64,000 bases of DNA from Gammaproteobacteria bacterium (GTDB lineage: Bacteria > Pseudomonadota > Gammaproteobacteria > Ga0077536), in NCBI GenBank assembly GCA_016191285.1, contig JACPPA010000021.1:14473-78472 (forward strand), in the 5' to 3' direction. The position numbers were made by a program, and so were the translations under genes. Shown here piece by piece: positions 1 to 9,801 of the stretch. The notes beneath the pieces were generated by a model. The model saw only the letters and a program-made list of their open reading frames with translations, had not been told where the DNA came from and searched no databases. Position 1 is the stretch's first letter. Every line of letters begins with the position of its first letter.

Positions 1-12
1 GGCTCCGGCGGC

Positions 13-1071
13 ATGTTCGTCAGCAGCGAGAAATTCATCGAGGCCCACAGCGGCAAGATCGGCGACATCTCCATCTACGGCCAGGAGTCCAACTACACCA
101 CCTGGCGCCTGGCCAAAATGAACCTCGCGATTCGCGGCATCGACGCCCAAATTGCCCACGGCGACACCTTCTACAACCACGGCCACCCGGATCTCAAGGC
201 CGACTACGTACTCGCCAACCCGCCCTTCAACGACAGCGATTGGCGCGACGAACTGTTGAAGGACGACAAACGCTGGGTCTACGGCGTGCCGCCCGCGGGC
301 AACGCCAACTACGCATGGGTGCAGCATTTCATTTGTCACCTCGCGCCCACCGGACTCGCCGGCTTCGTGCTCGCCAATGGATCGATGTCGTCAAATCAAT
401 CCGGCGAAGGCGAGATCCGCAAGGCCATCATCGAAGCCGACTTGGTGGATTGCATGGTCGCGCTGCCCGGTCAGCTCTTTTACTCAACGCAAATCCCGGT
501 CTGTCTGTGGTTTCTCACACGCAATAAAGCGGCTCGACATTTCACCGCTCCCTCCCGTCATTCCGGCGCGCTTTCCGATCTTTCCACCGCCCTTTCTCAT
601 CATTCCGGCGCCCCTTCTCGTCATTCCGGCGAAAGCCGGAATCCATCTTTCCGCGACCGTCGCGGCGAAACGCTTTTCATCGACGCCCGCAAAATGGGCT
701 CACTGGTGGACCGCACCCATCGCGAACTGACCGACGACGATCTCGCCAAAATCGCCGGCACCTCTCACCGATGGCGCGGTGACCCGATTACCCCCTCTCC
801 CCTCGCGGGAGAGGGCCGGGGTGAGGGGGAGACGCGTTATCAAGACATCCCCGGCTTCTCCAAATCCGCAACCCTCGAAGATATCCGCAAGCATGGCCAC
901 GTACTCACACCGGGCCGTTACGTCGGAGCAGCGGATGTCGAAGACGACGGCGAGCCGTTCGAGGAGAAGATGAAGCGGCTTGCCAAGACGCTGCGTGAGC
1001 AGCAGGTTGAAGCGGCGAAGCTCGACGCCGCCATTGCCGCCAACCTGACGGGGCTTGGGTATGGCGGGTGA
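13..1071 (+). CDS. hsdM: Type I restriction-modification DNA methyltransferase subunit HsdM (5' end cut by window edge)
   Basis: N6-adenine MTase motif IV LANPPFN; HsdM C-terminal blocks (LFIDARKMG ... [16 protein letters not shown] ... LTPGRYVG); stop overlaps the hsdS start. Confidence 0.9.
   Translation: MFVSSEKFIEAHSGKIGDISIYGQESNYTTWRLAKMNLAIRGIDAQIAHGDTFYNHGHPDLKADYVLANPPFNDSDWRDELLKDDKRWVYGVPPAGNANYAWVQHFICHLAPTGLAGFVLANGSMSSNQSGEGEIRKAIIEADLVDCMVALPGQLFYSTQIPVCLWFLTRNKAARHFTAPSRHSGALSDLSTALSHHSGAPSRHSGESRNPSFRDRRGETLFIDARKMGSLVDRTHRELTDDDLAKIAGTSHRWRGDPITPSPLAGEGRGEGETRYQDIPGFSKSATLEDIRKHGHVLTPGRYVGAADVEDDGEPFEEKMKRLAKTLREQQVEAAKLDAAIAANLTGLGYGG
535..660. repeat. About 120 nt in-frame insertion of a VIPAKAGI-type palindromic repeat (three degenerate units of cgtcattccggcg...gccggaatcc) inside hsdM
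   Basis: Same core as the intergenic repeats at 45100-45250 and 56280-56310. It adds about 40 aa ([33 protein letters not shown]) between the conserved HsdM blocks LWFLTRNK and [11 protein letters not shown], with no stop codon. Confidence 0.7.
789..832. repeat. Short GC-rich palindromic element (ccctctcccctcgcgggagagggccggggtgaggggg) inserted in-frame in the hsdM 3' region
   Basis: Encodes [13 protein letters not shown] between the conserved RWRGD and YQDIPGF blocks. A near-identical element type occurs in hsdR at 6104-6152. Confidence 0.6.
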
Positions 1072-2435
1072 GTGGCGTGTTTGCACCGTCGATCAGATTA
1101 AATCGGAAGACGAACGCGCCATTGCCATTGGTCCTTTTGGCTCGCGCATGAAAGCGGACAAGTTATGTCGCGAACGGTGTACCTGTTATCCGGGGAAACA
1201 ACATTTCGGACACTCGCGCACTCATCGGCGATCTCGTTCACGTTTCTGAAGAGACGGCAGACGAACTGCGTTCCTGTAACGTTTTCCCGCGCGACTTGGT
1301 TTTTCCACACCGAGGCGCCATCGGACAGGTTGGAATCGTTCCTGACGACCATAATGGTCGATACGTTCTGTCGACCAGTCTAATGAAGCTGACCTGCAAT
1401 AAAGCGTTGGTAGACCCGCTCTTCATTTTCTACTTTTTCCGATCTGATCTTGGACGTCACGCGCTGCTTCAGAACGCATCAACCGTCGGTACACCCGGCA
1501 TTGGACAGCCGCTAGCTTCGCTTCGCTCGATTTCTGTGCCCGTCCCACCCCTCCCCGAACAATGCGCCATCGCCCACATCCTCGGCACACTAGACGACAA
1601 GATCGAACTAAACCGACGAATGAACGAGACGCTAGAAGCAATGGCGCGAGCACTGTTCAAATCGTGGTTCGTGGATTTCGACCCCGTCCGCACCAAGGCC
1701 GAAGGCCGCGACCCCGGCCTGCCCAAGCCCCTCGCCGACCTGTTCCCGGATTCCTTCGAGGACTCGGAGCTGGGAGAGATTCCGAAGGGGTGGCACGTAC
1801 GGGCCCTTAATGACGTGCTGTCGGAGCTAGAAACGGGCGGCAGACCCAAGGGCGGCGTAGCCGGCTACGCGACAGGTACTCCGAGTGTCGGAGCGGAGAG
1901 CATCGTCGGTCTAGGTGTTTTCGATTATTCCAAGACTAAGTACATTCCTGACGAATTCTTCAAGAAAATGACCAAGGGCCGGACTAAGAGTCGAGACGTC
2001 TTGCTCTACAAGGACGGCGGCCGCCCCGGCGAATTCGAGCCACATGTAACGCTGTTCGGAGACGGATTCCCATTCGAGACATGTGCGATTAACGAGCACG
2101 TTTACCGCATGCGCTTGAATCCGGAAATCGGACAGAACTATCTATTATTCTGGCTTTCATCCGACGTGGTTATGGAAGAAATGCGAATCAAAGGAACTGG
2201 TGTCGCGATCCCGGGTTTAAACTCTACTCAGGTGAAGTCGCTCACCATGCAAGTGCCGCCGACTCAGGTGGCGAAGGCCTTCGATGCACTAACCGATCCG
2301 AGCATCACGAGAATTCTCAGTGCCTGCAAAGAATCACGCACGCTTTGTATCCTGCGCGACTCACTGTTGCCGAAACTGATTTCGGGCGAGGTGCGGGTGA
2401 AAGATGCGGAGACACAAATCGGGAGGGCAGTTTGA
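1061..2435 (+). pseudogene. hsdS: Type I R-M specificity subunit HsdS, disrupted by a frameshift near nt 1160-1166 (or a sequencing error)
   Basis: The N-terminus MAGEWRV...IAIGPFGSRMKADK reads in frame 2. The continuation YVANGVPVIRGNNISDTRALIGDL...LPEQCAIAHILGTLDDKIELNRRMNETLEAMARALFKSWFVDFDP... reads in frame 0, and that frame has a TGA at 1149-1151. Combined length of about 457 aa is typical for HsdS. Confidence 0.75.
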
Positions 2436-2884
2436 TGGCAGACCTAAATCTTACCCAAGCTGAAGCGGACGTCCTTATCGCAATGGTTAAGCATCGGCTG
2501 GACACAACCGAGTGGGACTATCCCGACTTTGGTGGTGTGATCTCAGTTCCGCTGGTATCCATTGATCGACGAGAGCAGTTTCTACTCGACGTTCGCCGAG
2601 GACGAATCGACCTGGCAAAGGGCACATATCAGAATCGCGGTCGCCAGGTCGTAGTACTTGTGCGACTCGACTTCGGTGGGGCGCCGCAACGGAACCCTGA
2701 CGGCGAGGAGATCGGCTCGCCTCATCTTCACGTTTATCGCGAAGGATTCGGCGACAAGTGGGCTCTGACCGTACCTCGCAACCGGTTTACTAATCTGGGG
2801 AACCTTTGGCAAACGCTCGAAGAATTCATGCGGTTTTGCAACATCGTTGACACACAGATCATTAGGAGAGGGCTGTTCACATGA
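2435..2884 (+). CDS. Hypothetical protein (149 aa) embedded in the Type I R-M operon
   Basis: ATG at 2435 overlaps the hsdS stop (TGATG) and is preceded by a GGGAGG RBS. Its stop overlaps the next gene's start (ATGA). No family recognised with confidence. Notable motif [25 protein letters not shown]. Confidence 0.6.
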   Translation: MADLNLTQAEADVLIAMVKHRLDTTEWDYPDFGGVISVPLVSIDRREQFLLDVRRGRIDLAKGTYQNRGRQVVVLVRLDFGGAPQRNPDGEEIGSPHLHVYREGFGDKWALTVPRNRFTNLGNLWQTLEEFMRFCNIVDTQIIRRGLFT

Positions 2885-3645
2885 TTGGCGAGATACAGGC
2901 TCTCCTTGATCAATATTGGGCATGGCTTCGTGACAAAACGACCCTCCGTCAGATCGACGACTGGATCGAGATTACGACGCCATACCTTGACCGCCACAAT
3001 GATCAACTCCAGATTTACGCAAGACGCCGTGATAGCGGATTTGTGCTGACTGATGACGGTTATATCCTCCAGGACCTGGCGCAGTCAGGTTGTGGCCTTG
3101 ATAGCGCAAAGCGACAGGCATTGCTCAAGATGACGCTCAACGGATTTGGAGTGCGGGTCAATAACCAGAACCTCGAAGTCCACGCTTCGCCCGATAATTT
3201 TGCGCTCCGTAAGCACAACCTTGTGCAGGCCATGCTGGCCGTAAACGATCTCTTTTATCTAGCGTCGCCCATGGTCGCGAGTTTGTTCTACGAAGACGTC
3301 GTTTCCTGGCTTGACCTGTCCGACATTCGGTATACGCCCAAGGTCAGTTTCCGCGGCAAGAGCGGATACGACCATCTCTTCGATTTCGTGATCCCAAAGT
3401 CCAAGGCCCAGCCCGAACGCATCCTACGGGCGATCAGTCGGCCTAACCGCGACACTGCTCAGTCGGTAGCGTTCTCATGGATCGACACGAAGGAGGTACG
3501 TGCACCGCAGTCTCGCGCCTACGCGATCCTAAACGACGATGGGCATCCTATCGCAGAGACCGTTTTGGATGCTATGCGGAATTACGACGTGCGGCCGGTG
3601 CTCTGGTCTGGGCGAGACGCAGTCAGACAGGAACTCGCGGCCTGA
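2881..3645 (+). CDS. Hypothetical protein (254 aa), translationally coupled to the upstream 149-aa ORF
   Basis: 4-nt ATGA overlap with the upstream ORF. Sits between hsdS and hsdR. No family recognised with confidence. Confidence 0.6.
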   Translation: MIGEIQALLDQYWAWLRDKTTLRQIDDWIEITTPYLDRHNDQLQIYARRRDSGFVLTDDGYILQDLAQSGCGLDSAKRQALLKMTLNGFGVRVNNQNLEVHASPDNFALRKHNLVQAMLAVNDLFYLASPMVASLFYEDVVSWLDLSDIRYTPKVSFRGKSGYDHLFDFVIPKSKAQPERILRAISRPNRDTAQSVAFSWIDTKEVRAPQSRAYAILNDDGHPIAETVLDAMRNYDVRPVLWSGRDAVRQELAA

Positions 3646-3675
3646 CCGTGCGCAGATAAAGAAACGTCGCGCAGA

Positions 3676-3850
3676 AACAAGGGACACCCATGTATTCGAT
3701 ACCGATAAGTTTTGATGGGGCCTCACCGCGCCTGAGCGCATTGTCGGATGTCCGCCGAAATACGGGACACCCGTGAATTCGATACCGATAATTATTGATC
3801 GGGCATTGCTCGGTCCGAGCACTATGCTGGGTGTCCCGGAATTCGTCGTC
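3676..3850. promoter_or_regulatory. Three copies of a GGGACACCC / GGGTGTCCC palindromic motif, two inside about 33-nt direct repeats (gggacaccc[a/g]tg[t/a]attcgataccgataa), upstream of rhuM-hsdR
   Basis: Direct repeats at 3676-3711 and 3758-3795, plus an inverted partial copy at 3826-3848. All lie in the 230-nt gap immediately upstream of the RhuM start. Confidence 0.45.
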
Positions 3851-3876
3851 ATGGCAACTATCGAGGATTTGTCGGC

Positions 3877-4875
3877 GTGATCAATCCGATCGATGCGCGC
3901 GGTGGCGAGATCCTGCTCTATGAAGCCCCTGACGGAGAAGTCCGTGTAGACGTACGACTCAATCACGAGACTGTCTGGTTGACGCAGGACCAAATGAGTC
4001 GGCTGTTTGGGCGGGAGCGATCGGTTATTACCAAGCACATCCGCAACCTTTTTCGGGAGGGAGAGCTTGAGCCAGAGGCAACCTGTTCAAAATTTGCACT
4101 GGTTCAAACCGAGGGCGAAAGAACCGTTACACGCGAAACCGATCACTACAACCTCGACGTGATCATCTCCGTCGGCTACCGAGTCAAATCCAGCCAGGGC
4201 ACGCGCTTTCGTCAATGGGCCACCCGTGTATTGCGCGAACATCTGGTGCAGGGCTACACGTTTAACCAGACCCGGCTGGCGGAGCGCAGTCTGCTGGAGG
4301 CGCGACAGACGCTAGACCTTCTTGCGCGCACGCTGCAAAACCAGGCATTAGTGGACGACACCGGTCGCGCGGTCTTGGACCTCATCGTCGGCTACGCCGA
4401 GACTTGGCGCCTACTGCTGGAGTACGACGAAGATCGACTGGCATTACCGTCCGGTGCCAAGCCCTCCTCTGGTGTGCTGGATATTGCGCGAGCCAACGCC
4501 GCGATTGGCAACTTCAAGCGCGAATTGATGGCGCGTAACGAGGCCACGCCACTGTTCGGTAATCCGCGCGGCGAGGCGTTGGAAGGCATTCTCGGCAGCA
4601 TCGAACAGACCATGTTCGGCGAAAGTTTGTACCGATCGCGCGAAGAGAAAGCCGCCAACTTGCTCTATCTGGTCATCAAGGATCACCCCTTCTCGGATGG
4701 CAACAAGCGCATCGGCTCCTTCCTCTTCATGCTCTACTTGCAACAGGAAAGCATGGCGCATCAACTCAATCCACAGGCACTGACAGCCCTTGCGTTGCTC
4801 ATCGCCGAAAGCGCCGCCGCCAACAAGGACTTGATGGTCCGGCTGATCATCAATCTGTTGACGGAACGCCGATGA
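3877..4875 (+). CDS. rhuM: RhuM-family virulence protein with a C-terminal Fic/DOC motif
   Basis: N-terminal RhuM blocks ([33 protein letters not shown] ... [26 protein letters not shown]). C-terminal Fic/Doc motif [11 protein letters not shown]. Typical occupant of the hsdS-hsdR gap. Its stop overlaps the hsdR start. Confidence 0.85.
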   Translation: MINPIDARGGEILLYEAPDGEVRVDVRLNHETVWLTQDQMSRLFGRERSVITKHIRNLFREGELEPEATCSKFALVQTEGERTVTRETDHYNLDVIISVGYRVKSSQGTRFRQWATRVLREHLVQGYTFNQTRLAERSLLEARQTLDLLARTLQNQALVDDTGRAVLDLIVGYAETWRLLLEYDEDRLALPSGAKPSSGVLDIARANAAIGNFKRELMARNEATPLFGNPRGEALEGILGSIEQTMFGESLYRSREEKAANLLYLVIKDHPFSDGNKRIGSFLFMLYLQQESMAHQLNPQALTALALLIAESAAANKDLMVRLIINLLTERR

Positions 4876-7800
4876 CGGCCTTCACCGAAACCATCGTCGA
4901 AGACGCCGCCCTCGCCTGGCTCGAAGCGCTCGGCTACTCCGTGCTGCACGGTCCGGACATCGCGCTCGGCGAGCCCGGCGCAGAACGCGTCGATCCGAAC
5001 TATCGCGACGTGCTGCTGGACGATCGCCTGGGTCAAGCGCTCATCCGGCTGAATCCAGACTTGCCACGTGAAGCGCTCGAAGACGCCCACCGCAAACTGT
5101 TGCGCAACGAGGCGCCGTCGCTGCTGGAGCGTAATCGAACCTTGCGCCGGCTGTTGGTGGATGGGATCACCGTCGAATACCGTCGCCCGGATGGCTCAAT
5201 TGCCGGCGGTCAGGCGTGGGTCATCGACTTCGATACCCCGGACAACAATGACTGGTTGGCGGTCAATCAATTCACAGTCGCTGAAGGCCAGCACACGCGC
5301 CGGCCGGATGTGGTGGTGTTCGTCAACGGCTTGCCGTTGGCGGTTATCGAATTGAAAAATCCCGCCGATGAGAACGCGACCGTTTGGAGTGCCCATCGCC
5401 AGTTGGAGACTTATCAGGCGCAGATCCCCGCGCTCTTCATCACTAACGCCGTGCTCGTGGCATCGGATGGCGTGCAGGCGCGTATCGGTGCGCTTGGCGC
5501 GGGCAAGGAATGGTTCAAGCCCTGGCGCACGATCAGCGGACGTGAGATCGCGCCGGCCAAGTTGACCGAATTACAGGTGGTGCTGGAGGGCGTGTTCGAT
5601 AAAAAACGCTTCCTCGATCTGCTGCGCTACTTCATGGTGTTTGAAGACGCCGCTATTTCTGGGGGCGGCGGCAAGCTTACGAAGAAGATGGCGGGCTACC
5701 ACCAGTTTCACGCGGTGAATGTGGCGGTTGAGGAAACGCTCCGCTCGGCGCGATTTGATCAAAGCGAATCACAAGGTCGCTATTCGGCGGGATTACACGC
5801 CGGGGGCGATCCCGGCGATCGGCGCGTCGGCGTGGTCTGGCACACGCAAGGCTCGGGCAAGAGTCTGACGATGGCCTTCTACGTCGGGCGGGTGATCTTG
5901 CATCCGGAAATGCAAAATCCAACCGTGGTCGTGATCACCGACCGCAACGATCTGGACGAGCAACTCTTTAGCACCTTCGCCCTGTGTCGAGATTTACTGC
6001 GACAGCCACCGGTGCAAGCGGCCGATCGCGCCGATCTGCGCGCGAAACTCACGGTCGCTGCGGGTGGCGCGGTGTTCTCCACCATTCAGAAGTTCTTCCC
6101 TGAAACCCCCTCACCCCAACCCTCTCCCGCTGAGGGGCGAGGGGGAAGAATGGAGATGCTCTCGGGTCGACGCAACATTGTGGTGATCGCGGACGAAGCG
6201 CACCGCAGCCAGTACGATTTTATCGACGGTTTTGCGCGCCACCTGCGCGATGCGCTGCCGAATGCGTCGTTCGTCGGTTTCACTGGCACGCCAATCGAAA
6301 CGACGGACGCAAACACGCGCGCCGTCTTCGGCGATTACATCAGTATTTATGACATCCAGCGCGCCGTTGTCGATGGCGCCACGGTGCCCATCTACTACGA
6401 GAGCCGCTTGGCTAAGCTTAATCTCAAAGATTCCGAGCGCCCGAAGATCGATCCCGAGTTCGACGAGGTGACGGAAGGCGAGGAAGTCGAGCGCAAGGAG
6501 AAACTCAAGAGCAAATGGGCGCAGCTCGAAGCGGTGGTCGGCGCCGAGAGTCGACTCAAACTCATTGCGCGTGATCTAGTGGAACATTTTGAGAATCGAC
6601 TGACGACGATGGACGGCAAGGCGATGGTGGTGGTGATGAGTCGCCGCATCGCGGTGGAACTCTACCGCGAGCTGGTGGCGCTCTGCCCGATCTGGCATGG
6701 CGAAGACGATGAACATGGCGCGCTCAAAGTCATCATGACGGGCTCCGCTTCGGATCCGCTCGATTGGCAGCCGCATATCCGCAACAAGCCGCGTCGCGAA
6801 ACATTGGCCGCGCGCTACCGGAACCCGAAGGATCCGTTTCGCATCGTCATCGTGCGCGATATGTGGCTCACCGGTTTCGACGCGCCGAGCATGCACACGA
6901 TGTATGTGGATAAGCCCATGCGTGGGCACGGGCTGATGCAGGCCATCGCGCGCGTGAACCGCGTATTCAAGGACAAACCCGGTGGCTTGGTCGTCGATTA
7001 TTTGGGGTTGGCCGACGAACTGAAACAGGCGATGGCCACATACACCGAAGCCGGTGGCACCGGCAAGACGGCCATCGATCAAGCCGAGGCTGCGGCGTTG
7101 ATGTTGGAAAAGCATGAGATCTGCTGCGCGCTGTTTCACGGCCTCGATTGGTCGCCGTGGACCTCGGGTACGGCGCAAGCTCGGCTCTCGCTGCTGCCGG
7201 CCGCGCAGGAGCACATCCTGGCCCAGGATGACGGTAAGAATCGGCTATTGCGCGCTGTCTCCGAGCTCTCTCAAGCGTTTGCGCTGGCCGTGCCGCACGC
7301 AGAGTCGATGCGGATCCGCGATGACGTGGGTTTCTTCCAGGCGGTGCGCGCCGTGCTCGCCAAGCGCCTAGCCGGCGATCGTAAAGCGGACGACGATCTC
7401 GACCATGCCATTCGGCAGATCATCTCGAAGGCGATGGTCTCGGACGAAGTCGTCGATATCTTCGCCGCCGCAGGCCTGAAGAAGCCCGATATCTCGATCC
7501 TCTCCGACGAGTTTCTCGCCGAGGTGCGCAATTTACCGCAACGTAACCTTGCAGTGGAACTGCTGCAAAAACTGCTGAAGGGCGAAATCAAAACGCGGGC
7601 CAGGCGCAATGTGGTGCAGGCGAAGTCGTTTGCGGAAATGCTGGAACAATCGCTGCGGCGCTACCAGAACCGGGCGATCGAAACGGCCAAGGTCATCGAG
7701 GAATTGATCCAGCTTGCAAAGGACATGCGGGCCGCGAGTCAACGCGGCGAACAACTCGGTCTCAACGATCACGAGGTCGCGTTCTACGACGCATTGGAGA

Positions 7801-8048
7801 CCAACGACAGCGCCGTGAAAGTGTTGGGCGACGAGGCGCTACGCACGATCGCGCGCGAACTGGTCAAGACGGTGCGCGCCAACGTCACCATCGATTGGAC
7901 GATACGCGACAATGTCCGCGCCCAGCTTCGTGTGCTGGTCAAGCGCATCTTGCGCAAATACGGCTATCCCCCGGACAAGCAAGAGAAGGCCACGCAAACG
8001 GTATTGGAGCAGGCCGAGGTGTTATCCGCGGAGTGGGCGGGGGTGTAG
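4872..8048 (+). CDS. hsdR: Type I restriction enzyme R subunit HsdR (1058 aa)
   Basis: Helicase motifs ([10 protein letters not shown] Walker A; [15 protein letters not shown] box), size and operon context. Carries an in-frame palindromic element at 6104-6152 that encodes [15 protein letters not shown]. Confidence 0.9.
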   Translation: MTAFTETIVEDAALAWLEALGYSVLHGPDIALGEPGAERVDPNYRDVLLDDRLGQALIRLNPDLPREALEDAHRKLLRNEAPSLLERNRTLRRLLVDGITVEYRRPDGSIAGGQAWVIDFDTPDNNDWLAVNQFTVAEGQHTRRPDVVVFVNGLPLAVIELKNPADENATVWSAHRQLETYQAQIPALFITNAVLVASDGVQARIGALGAGKEWFKPWRTISGREIAPAKLTELQVVLEGVFDKKRFLDLLRYFMVFEDAAISGGGGKLTKKMAGYHQFHAVNVAVEETLRSARFDQSESQGRYSAGLHAGGDPGDRRVGVVWHTQGSGKSLTMAFYVGRVILHPEMQNPTVVVITDRNDLDEQLFSTFALCRDLLRQPPVQAADRADLRAKLTVAAGGAVFSTIQKFFPETPSPQPSPAEGRGGRMEMLSGRRNIVVIADEAHRSQYDFIDGFARHLRDALPNASFVGFTGTPIETTDANTRAVFGDYISIYDIQRAVVDGATVPIYYESRLAKLNLKDSERPKIDPEFDEVTEGEEVERKEKLKSKWAQLEAVVGAESRLKLIARDLVEHFENRLTTMDGKAMVVVMSRRIAVELYRELVALCPIWHGEDDEHGALKVIMTGSASDPLDWQPHIRNKPRRETLAARYRNPKDPFRIVIVRDMWLTGFDAPSMHTMYVDKPMRGHGLMQAIARVNRVFKDKPGGLVVDYLGLADELKQAMATYTEAGGTGKTAIDQAEAAALMLEKHEICCALFHGLDWSPWTSGTAQARLSLLPAAQEHILAQDDGKNRLLRAVSELSQAFALAVPHAESMRIRDDVGFFQAVRAVLAKRLAGDRKADDDLDHAIRQIISKAMVSDEVVDIFAAAGLKKPDISILSDEFLAEVRNLPQRNLAVELLQKLLKGEIKTRARRNVVQAKSFAEMLEQSLRRYQNRAIETAKVIEELIQLAKDMRAASQRGEQLGLNDHEVAFYDALETNDSAVKVLGDEALRTIARELVKTVRANVTIDWTIRDNVRAQLRVLVKRILRKYGYPPDKQEKATQTVLEQAEVLSAEWAGV
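6104..6152. repeat. GC-rich palindromic element inserted in-frame in hsdR
   Basis: cccctcaccccaaccctctcccgctgaggggcgaggggg lies between the conserved TIQKFF and [12 protein letters not shown] blocks. Same element type as hsdM 789-832. Confidence 0.55.
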
Positions 8049-8262
8049 AAGATGATGTCGACCCGGACGCCGGCTGAACCACACTGCCGATGAGGCCGGT
8101 CTCGAATTCGGCGATACCGCGGAAAGTTCTCGATACGGGGGTATCGCCAATGATCGTCCAGGCCACATCGGCGTGCAGTAGCTCGCGGACCCTCGGCATA
8201 TTTCCGCTGGACAAGGCGGCAAAGAAATCGCGAATAATTTGTTTGTCGGTATCGTTCGGCAT
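8049..8262 (-). pseudogene. SnoaL/NTF2-like protein, N-terminal fragment. The C-terminus is apparently replaced where the ORF runs antisense into the hsdR 3' end
   Basis: MPNDTDKQIIRDFFAALSSGNMPRVRELLHADVAWTIIGDTPVSRTFRGIAEFETGLIGSV, then low-complexity read-through antisense to hsdR. Confidence 0.4.
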
Positions 8263-8289
8263 AGTTCGATTCCTCTTCAAACGCGAGTG

Positions 8290-8480
8290 AAAGCGCATAA
8301 AGGGATTCTACCGCCGTCGTCCCGGCGCAGGCCGGGACCCAGTCCACGAAGATTCTTTGACTGGATCCCGGAGTTTCGCTGCGCGAATTCCGGGATGACG
8401 GCGTGAGAGTAGCGCCGCGCTCGGTACACCCAACACAACCTCGACAACTCCATCGAGTTTTCACACAGCCTGTTACGCCG
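8290..8480. repeat. MITE-like composite repeat element (family shared with 45290-45440)
   Basis: tcccggcgcaggccgggacc hairpin plus a conserved about 110-nt module (...ccgggatgacggcgtgaga..gcgccgcgctcg...gcctgttacgccggaatgacgat). Near-identical copy at 45300-45435. Confidence 0.7.
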
Positions 8481-8613
8481 GAATGACGATGCTCCAGACC
8501 ACAGCGCCTCGCGAGGTGGTCGATATTTCCGCTTCGCTAATTAGATTCTATAACCTAAGGATCGACGAAAGCGATCCTCGTACGGCAATACCGCTCCCTT
8601 TTGAGACCGTCGA

Positions 8614-9801
8614 CTACCGAACCTTGATCATCACCATGAAGCCATCGGCGAATTTCTGCGCGCCGATATGAAAATCACCATTGATGTCGGAGATCAGCAG
8701 CGAATCGCCGGCGAACGCCACGCCGACGGGGTTCGCCAATCCCGAGGCAACTAGCACGAGCTCGCCCTGTGGCGTCACGCGATAGACGCGGCCATCGCTG
8801 GGAACTCGTTCCGTCGCTTCGACCTCGTTGTTCCAATCGCCGGCATCGCTGATGAAGAGCTCGCCGGCGAACCTGCCGAAGCGCTGGGGTGCAAAGGCCA
8901 TCGCGCCTGGCTCGTGCAGCCCGTTGACGAACGGTTGCGGCGTGATGGTCCCAGCGGCGGATACCCGCAAAATCCTGCCGCCCCCTGGTATCGTCTTGGC
9001 GCGATTGCCCGGTGTCGGCGCGGCACTGCCGAGCAACATCGTTTCCCCATCGGGCGTGAAGCCAATGCCCCGCGGAGAGCCCCACTTGGCCAAATCCACG
9101 GTCAGGAATGGCGTACAAGCGCCGTCGGGTGTGACTTGATAAAGGGTGTGATTGCTCGCCGCCGTGACCCACAGCTTGCCGGCAAACGGGCCGTGTTCGG
9201 GACCGAATCGCGCAAAGAAGCCGCCGGCGCCCGGTTCGTGCGCGTCGTTTTCCGGGAGGAAGCAGACGACGGTGTCACGGCCCGTCGCCGGATCGATACG
9301 CGTAATAGCATCGGGCAATTCCCACCCGCCGGCCTTCTCCGGCTTCGCGAACGCGACGGTATAGATCTGTCCCGCAAACTTGCCGAAGCTCGGCGGCGCC
9401 ACGTCCAGCGAAATCGGCGCGTGCTGCTTGATGTCGGCAAGCACTGCAACGTGGCCGTCCGTCGTGACCTCGAAGATCGCGCCGCTCTTGGCATCGTCCG
9501 CGACCCACACCGTCGTGTCATCGACCACGTGGATATCGAACGGATCGTAAAGTTGCGTTCGCGGCGGGACCAGCACGGTAAACGTGAATTCGTCTGCCGT
9601 CTTGATCGGCGGAACGGCGAACACGCGCGCGAGTGTTGCCTTGGACACACTCAACGGTAGCTGCACCCAATCGGGCGCGTCCTTTTCCATCTCCGTGGGG
9701 GAAGACGCGCGCGCCGACGCTTCCGCTGCGATGGTCATTGGCGCACTCGCCAGACAGGTCCACAGGCAAATGACGGTTAGCAACAGTGGGCTGTGCCGCA
9801 T
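8614..9801 (-). CDS. Secreted beta-propeller protein (SMP-30/gluconolactonase/LRE-like or NHL-like repeats)
   Basis: Internal ATG at 9801 with an AGGAAG RBS. Signal peptide MRHSPLLLTVICLWTCLASAPMTIAAEA. Repeated ...TxDG... blade motifs (VWVADDAKSGAIFEVTTDG, LWVTAASNHTLYQVTPDG, RVYRVTPQGELVLV). Confidence 0.6.
   Translation of the reverse strand: MRHSPLLLTVICLWTCLASAPMTIAAEASARASSPTEMEKDAPDWVQLPLSVSKATLARVFAVPPIKTADEFTFTVLVPPRTQLYDPFDIHVVDDTTVWVADDAKSGAIFEVTTDGHVAVLADIKQHAPISLDVAPPSFGKFAGQIYTVAFAKPEKAGGWELPDAITRIDPATGRDTVVCFLPENDAHEPGAGGFFARFGPEHGPFAGKLWVTAASNHTLYQVTPDGACTPFLTVDLAKWGSPRGIGFTPDGETMLLGSAAPTPGNRAKTIPGGGRILRVSAAGTITPQPFVNGLHEPGAMAFAPQRFGRFAGELFISDAGDWNNEVEATERVPSDGRVYRVTPQGELVLVASGLANPVGVAFAGDSLLISDINGDFHIGAQKFADGFMVMIKVR

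Noticed and set aside
2345-2434. Upstream extension of the 149-aa ORF to an alternative start at 2345
   Set aside because: The extension lies inside the hsdS coding region in another frame. The ATG at 2435 has a GGGAGG RBS and overlaps the hsdS stop, which is the more plausible start.
6576-7214. 212-aa minus-strand ORF inside hsdR
   Set aside because: Antisense to the conserved HsdR helicase region. No independent support.
8675-9660. Several 100-250-aa ORFs on both strands overlapping the secreted beta-propeller gene (8675-9172 -, 8914-9660 +, 9102-9650 -)
   Set aside because: Alternative frames of a gene with coherent repeat motifs and a signal peptide. The products are Arg/Pro-rich low-complexity artefacts.
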